Below are positions 1 through 11,000 of a DNA stretch of 64,000 nucleotides, in pieces (the stretch's first letter is position 1; each line of letters opens with the position of its first letter). Origin of the DNA: an uncultured Opitutaceae bacterium. Lineage in GTDB: Bacteria; Verrucomicrobiota; Verrucomicrobiia; Opitutales; Opitutaceae. Under the pieces are notes generated by a model. It worked only from the letters and a program-made list of their open reading frames with translations, did not search any database and was not told where the DNA came from. The DNA is taken from the NCBI GenBank assembly GCA_964404745.1, contig CAYOLG010000006.1:4532-68531 (forward strand). The letters are read 5' to 3'. The translations under genes were made by a program, and so were the position numbers.

Positions 1-42
1 ACCCAGCAATCCAAGATTGGCTCAATCACACCCTATCGATAA

Positions 43-744
43 ATGAAATTTCATAGCGCCATCATTCTTTGTTTCTTAACAGTTATGATCACCGGATGCA
101 GTCCTAAAGGCTCCCACCTTTTCATCCTTTCTGGCCAATCCAACATGGCCGGATTGGACCCAGAGCTTTCCTTCATACCGAAAATCCATAAACGGTACGG
201 GGCTGAAAACGCCATCGTCGTGAAAGACGCTCAGGGTGGGCAGCCGATACGGAGATGGTACAAGGACTGGAAACCGGCTCAAGGCAGCGAACCAGAAGCG
301 ACGGGCGATCTCTACGATCAACTCATGGAGAAAGTCTATGCCGCCATCGATGGCAGGCGAATCCAGACGATCAATTTCCTTTGGATGCAGGGAGAAAGAG
401 ATGCCCGGGAAGAGCATGGCGATGTCTACCAAGAAAGCCTCGAAGGCCTGGTAGCCCAGTTGGAAAACGATCTCGGGCGCTCTGCGATAAATGTCGTGAT
501 TGGGCGGCTTAGCGATTTCGATATGGCGAACGAAACCTATCCTCATTGGACGCGAGTGCGCGACGCTCAAATCGCCTTCGCGGAATCGCGACCCAACACA
601 GCTTGGGTGAACACAGACGATCTGAATGACGGCGTAAACGGCAAAGGCGAACCGATAAAGAACGATCTCCATTATTCAGTTTCCGGATACAGCATATTCG
701 GAGAACGGTTGGCTCAAGAGGCTATTGAACTAACAGGCAATTAG
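43..744 (+). CDS. SGNH/SASA-family carbohydrate acetylesterase (sialate O-acetylesterase/CE6-like), lipoprotein
   Basis: GQSNM nucleophile motif, WMQGE block, DLH at the C-terminus; lipobox ITGC after a hydrophobic leader. Confidence 0.85.
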   Translation: MKFHSAIILCFLTVMITGCSPKGSHLFILSGQSNMAGLDPELSFIPKIHKRYGAENAIVVKDAQGGQPIRRWYKDWKPAQGSEPEATGDLYDQLMEKVYAAIDGRRIQTINFLWMQGERDAREEHGDVYQESLEGLVAQLENDLGRSAINVVIGRLSDFDMANETYPHWTRVRDAQIAFAESRPNTAWVNTDDLNDGVNGKGEPIKNDLHYSVSGYSIFGERLAQEAIELTGN

Positions 745-777
745 CTTTTGTTTTTCCGGTTGCCTGAATCGAATCCC

Positions 778-1284
778 ATGTTCAACGACAACACATTCAA
801 CGCCCCATGGGGACGTTCCCTGAAGCTCGCGACCGGGCTATGCCTAGCCATCGTCTTTTGCGTTTTTCTGGCTGGCCTTCTGTTTGAACCCGAAAATGTG
901 GCTTATTGGCGAATCGGGATGCTGTGGATTCCGACCGGCTTGCTCGTCGTCTCCTACTTCTTTTCCATTCGCTCATACGAAATTCTAGAATCCGTAATCC
1001 TGATACATCGTGTCGGCTGGAAATACACGATTGATCTAATGGATCTGGAATCCGTTCAAGTCGACCCTGCCGCCATGAGCAAGTCCATCCGCCTATTTGG
1101 CAACGGCGGGCTCTTTTGCTTCGCGGGCATATTCCGCAACCACAAGCTCGGTCGCTATCGAGCATTCGCAACCAGTCCCAAACACTCCGTTATCTTGCGA
1201 TTTCCCGATCGAACGGTTGTCGTCACGCCCGAGGATCCCGACGGTTTCGCTGAGGTGATAAAAAATCGGCATTCCTTATTTTAG
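778..1284 (+). CDS. Membrane protein with bacterial PH domain (bPH_5-like)
   Basis: Two N-terminal TM helices, then SIRLFGNGGLF and VVVTP motifs; ATG 778 preferred over TTG 748. Confidence 0.7.
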   Translation: MFNDNTFNAPWGRSLKLATGLCLAIVFCVFLAGLLFEPENVAYWRIGMLWIPTGLLVVSYFFSIRSYEILESVILIHRVGWKYTIDLMDLESVQVDPAAMSKSIRLFGNGGLFCFAGIFRNHKLGRYRAFATSPKHSVILRFPDRTVVVTPEDPDGFAEVIKNRHSLF

Positions 1285-1301
1285 GCCGTTGGGGCCTCCC
1301 G

Positions 1302-1709
1302 ATGGAACAGATCGACCAATACGAACGCCTTCTTATCTATGTTGGGATCAGTAGCATCGCGCTATTCCTCGGATCCGTCATATTAATACCGCTGATTATC
1401 GCCTACCTTCCCCACGATTATTTCGTTAGGGCCATCAAGCCATTCAAGCGATTGCATCCACTACATATGGCTGTTCGCATCCTCATGAATACGATAGGCA
1501 GCATCTTTCTACTAGCCGGATTCATTATGCTATTCATTCCCGGTCAAGGCATTCTGACAATATTGCTCGGATTGAGCCTCATAAATTTCCCCGGTAAACG
1601 TCGCCTCGAAACCCGCATGCTCAATATGCCGAAAGCAAAACGATTGATACGCTGGTGCCGCAAGAAATCGGGACGGGAGCCACTTATAATTCCGGAAGAG
1701 TTGGAGTAG
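1302..1709 (+). CDS. PGPGW-family small transmembrane protein
   Basis: Hydrophobic helices with IPGQGILTILLGL and NFPGKR motifs. Confidence 0.7.
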   Translation: MEQIDQYERLLIYVGISSIALFLGSVILIPLIIAYLPHDYFVRAIKPFKRLHPLHMAVRILMNTIGSIFLLAGFIMLFIPGQGILTILLGLSLINFPGKRRLETRMLNMPKAKRLIRWCRKKSGREPLIIPEELE

Positions 1710-1787
1710 CTAGCTAGCTCCCTTCAGCGCTGAAAAATTGGGCCAATCTAATGTTTAGCTCTCCGATTCTATTCCATGGGTAAACTC

Positions 1788-1860
1788 AAACGAGCTCGGA
1801 GATCGCGTTCCACGATTGAATACCTTGTCAAAAGGTGGAGCTCGATCTCCGAGCGAGCTC
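1788..1860. repeat. REPIN family B (inverted GTGG-footed REP pair, feet inward)
   Basis: gagctcggagatcgcgttccac, 19-nt spacer, then ggtggagctcgatctccgagcgagctc. Confidence 0.8.
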
Positions 1861-1959
1861 ATTTCGATTAAATTGACGCGAATACGCTGCCTCAGGGGTT
1901 AATCAACCGACCACCTTTTCGCTCGCAAGGCAGGCGAACTCGGTTTTGGGATGTTGAGT

Positions 1960-2982
1960 ATGAAAACCGTTCAACTGGAGACGCCTGGCAAATTTCGAGT
2001 TATCGAAGAGCCGGAGCCTCAGCGAAAGCCCGGCGAAGCCCTCGTTCACGTCCGAAGCATAGGCGTGTGTGGAACCGATATCCACGCCTATCATGGTCGA
2101 CAGCCCTTCTTTGAATATCCCCGCATTCTGGGTCACGAACTCGGAGTCGAAATTCTGGAGATCGAAGACAATGCACTTGGACTGGAGGCCGGAGACAAAT
2201 GCTCGGTAGAACCCTATTTGAACAACCCCGCGACTCCAGCCTCCAGGCTTGGCAAGAGCAACTGCTGCGAAGAACTTGAAGTCCTCGGCGTCCATACAGA
2301 CGGGGGCATGCGTCCCTTGCTATCCCTGCCTATCCACAAGCTCCACAAGGCCAACGATCTTAGTTTTGATCAGCTCGCTCTGATCGAAACGATTTGCATC
2401 GGGGCCCATGGAATCGAACGCTCCCAGCTCACCCCTGACGAAACGATACTGATCTTTGGAAGCGGCCCTATCGGACTGGGAGCCATTCAGTCGGCTCAAT
2501 CGTTAGCAGCTCAGGTCATCGTGGCTGATATCAATCCAGACCGGCTCGATTTCTGCCGTCACACCATAAACGTGCCTCATACCTTGCGAGCGGATGAAGC
2601 CGACTTCGAGGATCAACTACGGTCCCTTTGCAACGGAAACCTTCCTCAAGTCGTCTTGGACGCTACCGGGAATCGCCAATCCATGCAACGGACCTTTTCT
2701 TTGACGGCCCATGGCGGACGGATTGTTTTCCTCGGCCTTTTAATGGGCGACATCGCTTTCGACGACCCCAATTTTCATCGCCGGGAATTGACGCTACTAG
2801 CTAGCCGTAACGCCACTCCGGATACCTTTAAATCGGTTATCAATGCCGTATCCGATGGCTCCATTGATACGAATCCCTGGGTTACCCACCATATGGAGCT
2901 GCTCGAAGTTCCAGAAAAGTTCGAGGATACGATAAGCGAGCCAGGGCTCATCAAAGCCGTGATTCAGGTAAGGGAGGAATAG
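1960..2982 (+). CDS. Zn-dependent alcohol/sugar-acid dehydrogenase (MDR; L-galactonate/L-gulonate oxidoreductase-like)
   Basis: GVCGTDIH, GHELG, GxGPIG Rossmann motif, ASRNAT. Confidence 0.9.
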   Translation: MKTVQLETPGKFRVIEEPEPQRKPGEALVHVRSIGVCGTDIHAYHGRQPFFEYPRILGHELGVEILEIEDNALGLEAGDKCSVEPYLNNPATPASRLGKSNCCEELEVLGVHTDGGMRPLLSLPIHKLHKANDLSFDQLALIETICIGAHGIERSQLTPDETILIFGSGPIGLGAIQSAQSLAAQVIVADINPDRLDFCRHTINVPHTLRADEADFEDQLRSLCNGNLPQVVLDATGNRQSMQRTFSLTAHGGRIVFLGLLMGDIAFDDPNFHRRELTLLASRNATPDTFKSVINAVSDGSIDTNPWVTHHMELLEVPEKFEDTISEPGLIKAVIQVREE

Positions 2983-3088
2983 GTACGGGGCATGTAGGAG
3001 AGGGCCTAATCAATCCGGGTTACATCATTCCTAATGCAGGGCCTTCAGTTGCGAAGCGCCGCGTCGGTCAAAAAATCGCGTTATATTC

Positions 3089-3200
3089 GCGGCATAGCGC
3101 AAGCGCCAGCCCTACCGATACTTGTTTTCCGAGTTGCCCCTCTTATACGACCTATATGTCTTATTCTCGAGCGGCCGCTCGGAGATCGGCCGCTAACTTA
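3089..3200. repeat. Solitary REP-like palindromes between convergent genes
   Basis: Reverse complement ggtagggctggcgcttgcgctatgccgc at 3089-3116; agcggccgctcggagatcggccgct near 3172-3196 resembles family B. Confidence 0.55.
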
Positions 3201-3205
3201 CCTCC

Positions 3206-3883
3206 CTACCGGCTCCCCAACGCCTTGACGTTATCGAAAAGGATGTCCCGCCCCGTGGTAGTGAACCCGAACTGCGTTTTCGTAGGATGAGCGATTCCCT
3301 TCGATATCAATTCGCCCGCTAAAACGCCGTTGAGAAACACCCTCATCGCCTCCCCCGCGATGACAATGCGGGCATGGTACCAGGTCCCATCGACGAACTT
3401 CATTTCAACGCTATGCTTCTTGGTCTCCAGCAGGGCCTCGATTCTATCCTTATGAGCTGGATCATCACGCAATCCGCGAATCTCCAGATTCATCACTCCG
3501 GTTCGGTCATCCTGAATCGTGAATCCGTCCTTTCGAAAGGATACCCGGCAAATATGCCCTGCGTGGACCTCTTTGCAGCGCTTGTCGTCGACAACAAAAT
3601 TGAATCGTTCGCCACCATCATACTTGAAATTGAAATCGATAGCGGCGTCGCGAAAATCCAGTTGGGCTCTGGTCACCGCCCCATGGTCCGCATCCGGCAA
3701 TTGGGAGGCGACCAGAACGCCGTCTCTAATGAAGAATGAGTTGGCGTGACTCGTCCACGCACTGCCAATGCGGTCCCGTTCGAAACGATCCCTGAAAACG
3801 TTTGGGGCCGCCAAAACAAGGGATTGGCAAAGCGATGCAAAGATAGCCAGACTTGCTACCAACCGAATCCTACCTATGAGCAC
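3206..3883 (-). CDS. Secreted concanavalin-like beta-sandwich protein (DUF1080/3-keto-disaccharide hydrolase-like)
   Basis: Signal peptide; FRDRFE start, WYHARI, VFLNG and FDNVK strands typical of this fold; GTG start. Confidence 0.55.
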   Translation of the reverse strand: MLIGRIRLVASLAIFASLCQSLVLAAPNVFRDRFERDRIGSAWTSHANSFFIRDGVLVASQLPDADHGAVTRAQLDFRDAAIDFNFKYDGGERFNFVVDDKRCKEVHAGHICRVSFRKDGFTIQDDRTGVMNLEIRGLRDDPAHKDRIEALLETKKHSVEMKFVDGTWYHARIVIAGEAMRVFLNGVLAGELISKGIAHPTKTQFGFTTTGRDILFDNVKALGSR

Positions 3884-4009
3884 GTATCCATGTTGGTACG
3901 GAAGAACTGATTAGCAAATAGCAAATTCACATTTACAGAGGTTCCCTTCTCCTAAATCATTCAATTTCTCTCAGCCCCACGTTTCCACCCTTCCACCTTT
4001 TAAAACTCA

Positions 4010-4441
4010 ATGCTCATCGGAATCTCTCCCCTAATTAGTCCTGAACTTCTCGATACGCTTTACCGCATGGGCCACGGCGACGAGATCGTCCTAGCCGATG
4101 CCCACTTTCCCGGCGAAAGCCTCGGCAGACGGGCCGTCCGAGCGGATGGCTTGGAGATCGCTGCCCTTCTTGGCGGCATCGCTCCCCTCTTTGTTCTCGA
4201 TCAGTATGTCGAAAACCCCACCGCGATGATGGCTCCGGTCGAAGGCGACACGCTCGATCCGGACGTCGAAGCTCGATATTTAAGGGCGTTGCGGGCTAGC
4301 TGGCCAGATACGCAATCTCCTGAGCGCATGGAGCGCTTCCCTTTCTATGAGAGAGCCAAGGAAGCTTTCGCCGTTGTCATGACCGGCGAGACCGCCAAAT
4401 ACGGAAATATCATTCTAAAAAAAGGCGTTACGCCTTGCTGA
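4010..4441 (+). CDS. fucU: L-fucose mutarotase (RbsD/FucU family)
   Basis: [15 protein letters not shown], RFxFYERAK and [10 protein letters not shown] signatures. Confidence 0.92.
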   Translation: MLIGISPLISPELLDTLYRMGHGDEIVLADAHFPGESLGRRAVRADGLEIAALLGGIAPLFVLDQYVENPTAMMAPVEGDTLDPDVEARYLRALRASWPDTQSPERMERFPFYERAKEAFAVVMTGETAKYGNIILKKGVTPC

Positions 4442-4453
4442 AAACGAGCGCGC

Positions 4454-4759
4454 CTAAGTACCCGCCGCGCATTCGTCACCTTGGCAGCTCTTATCGATCT
4501 CCGCCAATTCAGCGCTGGAAATCGCGGTACGCAAAACGACTCCTGCATTGACCGCAGCTGATAGATCGACGGTCGCTTTCAAGGTATAGTAAGAAATTCC
4601 CGACTTTAGAGCTTCGTCCATGCGGCGACTGGTGCACTGATGGCATCCTCGGGTGAGGGTCACCGCCAACCCGATCAGATGTTTCTCTCGGTCGGTTAAG
4701 TCAGGCGAATCGCCGGTCTCCTTCAGTGCCGAGCTTACCTTGAATTCTGTGGCGTCCAT
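4454..4759 (-). CDS. Carboxymuconolactone decarboxylase/AhpD-like protein with CxxC
   Basis: LTDREKHLIGLAV followed by GCHQC; 101 aa. Confidence 0.8.
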   Translation of the reverse strand: MDATEFKVSSALKETGDSPDLTDREKHLIGLAVTLTRGCHQCTSRRMDEALKSGISYYTLKATVDLSAAVNAGVVLRTAISSAELAEIDKSCQGDECAAGT

Positions 4760-4817
4760 GGCTTTCCTTAGATTTATGGCTGAGGTTTTAGCGGGCCAAG
4801 GCGACTCGCTACGATTT

Positions 4818-7481
4818 CTACAAGCTTTTCAGGTAGGCAACCAGATGAGAGACGTGTTCAGGGCTGATATCCAGGCTGGCTGCCGAAGGCATGAAAGATT
4901 CATGCAGATTTTCCCGTTTGGCAATCTGCTCCTGGTCAATTGCGATGTCGGCCCCGCCAAATACTCGCAAGACAAGGGGATCGCCCTCTGAGATTACAAA
5001 CCCTTCGATGGTTTTATTATTCTTCGTGGTTACCCGTACGCTCTCGAAGCCGTGGGAAATGTCCGCCGAGGGATCGATAATCGCCTTGATGAGAATTTCG
5101 CTCGGGTTTCCTTTAGCGTAGGCCGTCAAATCAGGCCCGAACTCGATGCCTTGATTGCCTATCTTGTGGCACATGTAGCATTGGGAAAGAGCCCGTTTGC
5201 CACGGCCCACATCCGGTTCGTAGGAAAGCACATCCTCCACAGTGTGTTCCCGCGAGGCTTTAGGAAAGGATGGCACGATGGCGTCGACGAGACCGACAGT
5301 TCGCCCGCCGAATTCCTCCATCAAATTGAACTGCCGCCAGTAAGACTTGTCGCGATTCTCGATGAACCAGCGCGCCCGCGTCGTTACTTCAGCCCCCTCG
5401 GCATTCTTGGCGATATCAACCATTGCTCGAGCCCCTTTCTCCGACTGCACATAAGCGATGGCCGTTAGCATATTGACGCGAGAATCGATCGGCTTGGACG
5501 TATTCATCGCGTAGGCCTTCATATCGACCACCGCCGACTCAGGATGCAGGCGCCACGCGATACTCGCGAATTTATTGTCCCAATCAGCGGGATCCCCACC
5601 GCGCTTGCTTTTCAAATATGCGTATGCCTGAGACTCCTCCAGAGCGACCGAAGTGCCGATGGCTTCGAGATACCAACGATCTTCTCCGTCATAACCATCA
5701 ACGATATCCAATAAGGTTTCCCGCATTTCCCCTAAGGGGACATCGCGAAGAGCCAAGGCCACCTCTCGGCGAACTGCCGGCGACGCGTCTCGGGCCAATT
5801 TGGTAGCGTGAGACATGTAGTTGCTGCCCGTGGACCGCAGGGCTCTGAAAGCCGCTATCCGCATTTGAGGATCGGAATGCGTCAAACGTTCTTCTACCAA
5901 TTCGACGCCCCTCGGGCCCAGATGAGGCAACAAAAATACCGCTCGGGCTTGAAAGTAGGGATTGTCGTCTTCCAACAGCTTGGCAACCGGATTGACAGCT
6001 GACCCTCCTTTTCCCTTCAACCCGTAAAACGCCGCTCCACGCACATTGTGAGAAGGATTCTTGAAGGCTTCCATCAAACCTTTGGTAGTCGAGTAATCGA
6101 TTTTCGGAGCCTTCATCGACGATCCCTTGCGCGTGATACGATAGATCGAGCCAACTCCTTTTTCGTCGTAGGCGCCGTGCCCGCCAACGCGGGTGTCAAA
6201 CCAATCCGCTACGTAGATAGCTCCGTCCGTGCCGATGGCTATATCAGAGGGTCGGAACTGAAAACGGGCTTCACGATTACGGGCGTCCGTTTGGGAAAAA
6301 TCGGCTCCATAAAACTTGCCGGTCGGATTAGACCCGAAGAAATCGAAACGCTCCAAAGCGAATCCAGCGTCCTGAGGCTGGGGTTTGTATCCAAAAACGA
6401 CATTTCGGGTAGGTTCGCAGCTGAGCAGCATGCCGTTGTACTCTTCTCCCAGGGCCGTGCCTTCGTAATACGTAATCCCCGTGGGGGCTCCGCCACCGTA
6501 GACGTCGCCGGCAGGAATGGTGCCCGGATCTCCCTGACGCCACTCCGCTTCAGCTGTGCTCTGGTCCGGCCTACGCTCCGTTCTCCATGAGCGCAACCCG
6601 TCTGCCGAAGTAAAGCCGAGGTTTCCGTATTCCATCAGCCAGGTGGTCCGAGCGGCTGGCGGATCGTCGTTGTCGTTCTGGAAAACATCTCCGAAGGAGG
6701 TGATCGCCTGTTCGTAGGAATTGCGGAAATTATGTCCGATCACCGCCAATCCCGTTCCATCCGGATTCATTCGCATGGCCACTCCTCCCACGTATTGATG
6801 CCCATCGCTGCTCACTTTAGCCCGATCCGTGCGGTCGAGATACCAGGTTCCCGTGAAGAGATGCAAATCCGGGCTTTCCACGTCGGCATTCCCAGCATTT
6901 CCTGTATTGAAATAATACTGACCATTGGGTCCCACAGTCACGGCGTGAAGGCTATGATCGTGATCCAATCCCTCGAATCCGGTTAGCAGGATTTCTTTGG
7001 TGTCTTCATCATCGAACTTGTCGTTTCGATTGACATCGGTAATGGCGATCAAGCTCGGCGGCTGGGATATGAGTATTTTATTGTCGATGACCGCAATTCC
7101 CAGAGGAGCGACCAAACTGGAATCCTGCCAAAACACCTTGGAATCGTCAGCCTGGCCGTCGCCATCCGTGTCTTCCAATATCATAATCCGATCCCCCACC
7201 GGATGCGTCCGACTAGTCTTGTTGCGAAACTTCCGATAGTTCACCCCTTCCGCTACCCAAATCCGACCCTTGTGGTCTACGTCGATATTCGTGGGGTTGA
7301 AGAAAAGTGGCGAAGTCGCCCAGAGGCTCACCTCTAGATCGTCGGGCAAATCGAATGCCTCTACCGGCACGCGGTCTTGTCCCTGGACTCCTAGCGAACC
7401 TAGAGCCAGCCCCAGAGTGAAAATCCCGCCTCGCAGGATAGTGAGAGTTCGTTTAGCCAAAGCGTTTTTCAATGAATTCAT
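4818..7481 (-). CDS. PVC-type membrane-bound dehydrogenase: beta-propeller + HEAT repeats + heme c domain
   Basis: NPTNIDVDHKGRIWVAEG propeller start, HEAT-like repeats, CYMCH and GPDLT heme domain; start 7481 or 7511. Confidence 0.88.
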   Translation of the reverse strand: MNSLKNALAKRTLTILRGGIFTLGLALGSLGVQGQDRVPVEAFDLPDDLEVSLWATSPLFFNPTNIDVDHKGRIWVAEGVNYRKFRNKTSRTHPVGDRIMILEDTDGDGQADDSKVFWQDSSLVAPLGIAVIDNKILISQPPSLIAITDVNRNDKFDDEDTKEILLTGFEGLDHDHSLHAVTVGPNGQYYFNTGNAGNADVESPDLHLFTGTWYLDRTDRAKVSSDGHQYVGGVAMRMNPDGTGLAVIGHNFRNSYEQAITSFGDVFQNDNDDPPAARTTWLMEYGNLGFTSADGLRSWRTERRPDQSTAEAEWRQGDPGTIPAGDVYGGGAPTGITYYEGTALGEEYNGMLLSCEPTRNVVFGYKPQPQDAGFALERFDFFGSNPTGKFYGADFSQTDARNREARFQFRPSDIAIGTDGAIYVADWFDTRVGGHGAYDEKGVGSIYRITRKGSSMKAPKIDYSTTKGLMEAFKNPSHNVRGAAFYGLKGKGGSAVNPVAKLLEDDNPYFQARAVFLLPHLGPRGVELVEERLTHSDPQMRIAAFRALRSTGSNYMSHATKLARDASPAVRREVALALRDVPLGEMRETLLDIVDGYDGEDRWYLEAIGTSVALEESQAYAYLKSKRGGDPADWDNKFASIAWRLHPESAVVDMKAYAMNTSKPIDSRVNMLTAIAYVQSEKGARAMVDIAKNAEGAEVTTRARWFIENRDKSYWRQFNLMEEFGGRTVGLVDAIVPSFPKASREHTVEDVLSYEPDVGRGKRALSQCYMCHKIGNQGIEFGPDLTAYAKGNPSEILIKAIIDPSADISHGFESVRVTTKNNKTIEGFVISEGDPLVLRVFGGADIAIDQEQIAKRENLHESFMPSAASLDISPEHVSHLVAYLKSL

Positions 7482-7613
7482 CGGGAAATCGATCGATCTA
7501 AATGGGTACAACTAAGGACTGGCATCAAGAAGGCCGCCTTTACGATATCAAGTTATTTCAAAAACGAGAGCCTTGGACAGCCTTTTTTACATTTCCGCCA
7601 ATAGTTTGACTAT

Positions 7614-7994
7614 TCATAATGGCTCGGAGCGGTGGCAAAGCTGAAGTGCCATACCGAAAGGATCGCGCATCATGATCAACTTTGTTCCCTCGGACGGCTG
7701 GACGGACTCTTCGAATCGGGCCCCGGCTTCTTGCAGTCGCTGCCTCTCCGCCTCCGGATCATCAACGGCGAAGGCCAAGTGATATTCCAACGAATCCATG
7801 TTGGGAAAGTCAGGCATCTCCACAGCTCGATTGGAGTAGACCTCCAGGACCACGCGTCCCGTCGAGTCGGCCAGAAAACGCGTATGGGGCTCAACCTCGA
7901 TCGCTTTAACGATCTTCATACGACAGTGCTTCGCGTACCAATCGGCAACTGCGACCGAATCGGGAACATTGAGAGCGTAGTGTTCGAATTTCAT
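7614..7994 (-). CDS. VOC/glyoxalase family protein
   Basis: FEHYALNV, HLAFAVDD and DPFG motifs. Confidence 0.88.
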   Translation of the reverse strand: MKFEHYALNVPDSVAVADWYAKHCRMKIVKAIEVEPHTRFLADSTGRVVLEVYSNRAVEMPDFPNMDSLEYHLAFAVDDPEAERQRLQEAGARFEESVQPSEGTKLIMMRDPFGMALQLCHRSEPL

Positions 7995-8031
7995 ATCACG
8001 ACTTAATTAAGCGCCTGCTTTCGGCGCAATC

Positions 8032-11000
8032 CTACTCGTGTTCCGTCTCGGACTTCTTCCCTCTCTTTCCCTTCAAGCTCCCCAAATAGGCAACCAAATC
8101 TCGAACTTCTCCGGGATTGAGCAACAATCCCATCGGCGGCATCCCCGAAATAGGCGGCTGCTTGGAAGCTATGGCTTCATTGTCGATCGTTTGGATCGTT
8201 CCGTCGGGCATCTTCAACTCAACCCAGTCGGAGTTTTCGCTCATCAGGAGGCCACTTATCGTTTGGCCATTCTTCTGCGTTAGCACCATGGTCCCATAGC
8301 CAGGGGCTACGGCCGCTCCCGGATCGACGATTGCCTCCAAGAGGTAGGCGCTGTCGCGAATTTGGCCAATCGTTGTCAGCTCTGGGCCCACTTCAGCTCC
8401 ATAGCCATCGACAATATGGCAGCGGACGCATTGGGCCGCCCCGTGATTCATAAATATATCGCGGCCACGATCAACACTGCCACCGCTTAAACTCGCGGCA
8501 TACTTCTCCGTTGGCGTAGCAATCATGATCGATTGATCATAAGCGGCTACAAGATCCTGGATACCATTCTCTTGTCGATTTCGAGAGGCCTCAATCACAT
8601 CTAGCATCGTGTTGGCAGCGCCTTCCCCATCGAGGATTGCCCTGAGGCCGCTTTCCAGAAACTCCGCTGATGGGGCATCCGACTGTTTTCCAAGGAGGGC
8701 AATTGCTCGCTGCTTAACAAGCAAAGGCCCATTTTCTACGGCGGCAACCGCCTTTTGAACGCCCTCCTGAACATCGGCAACCAGCAGTCCTTCCAAGGCG
8801 CTCGCCCACAAGGCGGGATCCGCATCCCCGATGAATTGCTTGGCTAAATCGGCTAGGGCAGGATCCTTCCGTTTTGCGAGCGTATCCAAAGCCGACACTC
8901 TCACTTCCGACTCCATCGCTTCGTCTTTCAGTTGGGCAATGAGAACTTCGCGATCGACATCGAAGCCATAGAGCTGAGCGACTCTAGTGGATTGCACCAG
9001 AACATCGCTCTCAGCCGTTTCCAGCACGGCGGCAATCTCCGATCTAACTACCGCATCAATTGGTTCGCGAACAGCGGGATTTTCTCGGGACAATCCTGTC
9101 GTCGTGTCGATCGGATTTTGATCGTTCCACCCTTCGATCGCGGCCAGGGCTTCTTGACGCAATCGAGCCGGCAAATCCGGATTGGACGCATAGCGAAGCA
9201 ACGAACGGGCGTTACCCGCTTTTGCCCCGTAGTAATTGGCATTGATGATCCGGTGATGCATGAAAGCGCCGATTTCCGAATCCGGCATTTCCCCGGTTCT
9301 GCCCGGCAAATAATCCTCGATCAGCTCCGCTAGCTCCGATTGAACCGAAAGCAACGGCAAATCATTTATCGCCCGGATGGCCTCGTAGGACAAGGCTGTT
9401 TCCTCGTCCCTGAGGAAGCGAGCAATCTCCGGGTCACTAAGTTTCCGCAAGGCCAGCAATGCGCCCATGCGAACGTATTTGGATTCATGCGACATAGCAT
9501 GCCTCCAAGCGTCTTTTTCGATACCCGCCAATCCCATGACGGCTCCGTGCCGCAACCAGAGATCCTGATCGGCATTTCGCTCCAGCAGAGCAAGCAGTTC
9601 GGAAACAGCTGCCTGATAACCGATTCGCCCCAAGCCAATTCCAGCATACATAGCCGTTCTCGGATGCCTGTCTCTCAGCGCTGTTACCAGTAGGTCCGCC
9701 GCTTTGGCCACTCGATGATCTCCAAGAACCCGAGCTGATTGAATGCGTACTTGATCGTTGTCGTCTGAAAGCAATTCGAGAAGGGGATCTAAGACCGATT
9801 TTCCTTCGCTAGCGGCCATTTGCCCCAATCCCCATATTCCGTGGATACGCGAGAAAGTAGAGTCTTTTTCGTTTGTAGCCGTTCGCGTAAACGCCCCGAC
9901 TCCCGCAAGGCCCCGCTTAGCCAGCTCAAACTGACTCTTCTGCCGGATATGCTGGTGGTCTCGATCCAATAGCCGGGTGAGCTCAGCGATAGATTTTCTG
10001 GAAAAATCGGAAAGCAGCAGCGATTCATTTTCCGCAACCTCCTCGTCGTCGATCTCCCCAGGCACTTCCAATGTATAGATATTGCCTACATCCTGATTTA
10101 GCCAACCGCCATAATTGTAGTCAGAAAAATACAGTTTTCCATCCGGACCGAAATCGATATCGACGCAATTGGACCCACGGAAAAACGTTTCGTTGTTCAC
10201 CATTTTGTAGCTGGCCCCATCCTCTTCCACATTGAACATGGATATGTAAGACTGGGTTAGCGATCCCTTGTAGATGATAACGAAGAATTTGTCGTCGTAC
10301 TTCTCCCCCATGCTACTTGAAGGATTGAATACGAAGCCAGAAGGCCCCCCGATTATCTGTCCAATTCCGGGCAAAATGAATGCGGCCTGCCGGTCATCCC
10401 GGACCTTCCATGCGTATTCAGTTATCCATGCTAAGGGCAATTGGGCATCGCCCGTGTATTTGAAAGAACGCAGGTCGAGATCCTTGGTGAAGGACATGAT
10501 GGACTGGTGCCCCGCATGCCATCCAGAATCCCCACCTTCGACCAGGTAGTTGATACGCTCCAAGTCAACACCGTCCGCATCGTTGTCAGCCGTGAAGAGA
10601 TTTCCATAATCATCCCAGGCCAATTCTTGCGGATTCCTAAGCCCATCGTAGAAAAGCTCTACATTGGATCCGTCAGGATCGCAGCGAAAGACAGCCCCCT
10701 TATTGGGGCCATAAAAATGCTTACCCTCTTTGGTGTGAACATTATAACCCCGGTCGCCAATCGACCAATACAGCTTCCCATCAGGACCCCAGGTTAAGCC
10801 ATGCATATCATGACCCGAGAAACTCATGCGTATCCCGAATCCATCCTGCAAAGAAGTTCGCTTGTCGGAAATGCCGTCGCCATCAAGATCTTCTAGCATC
10901 CAAAGATGAGGTATATTGGTGTAGTAGATTTTTCCGTCGCGTTCGATCAACCCAATCCCCGGCCCGTCCAGGGGGTCATTGAATCCATCAGCGAAAATCC

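Noticed and set aside
3034-3228. Short ORFs in REP-rich gaps (also 29121..29303, 31696..31992, 39434..39712, 57465..57801, 63696..63959)
   Set aside because: They are made of palindromic repeat sequence and lack protein-like features.
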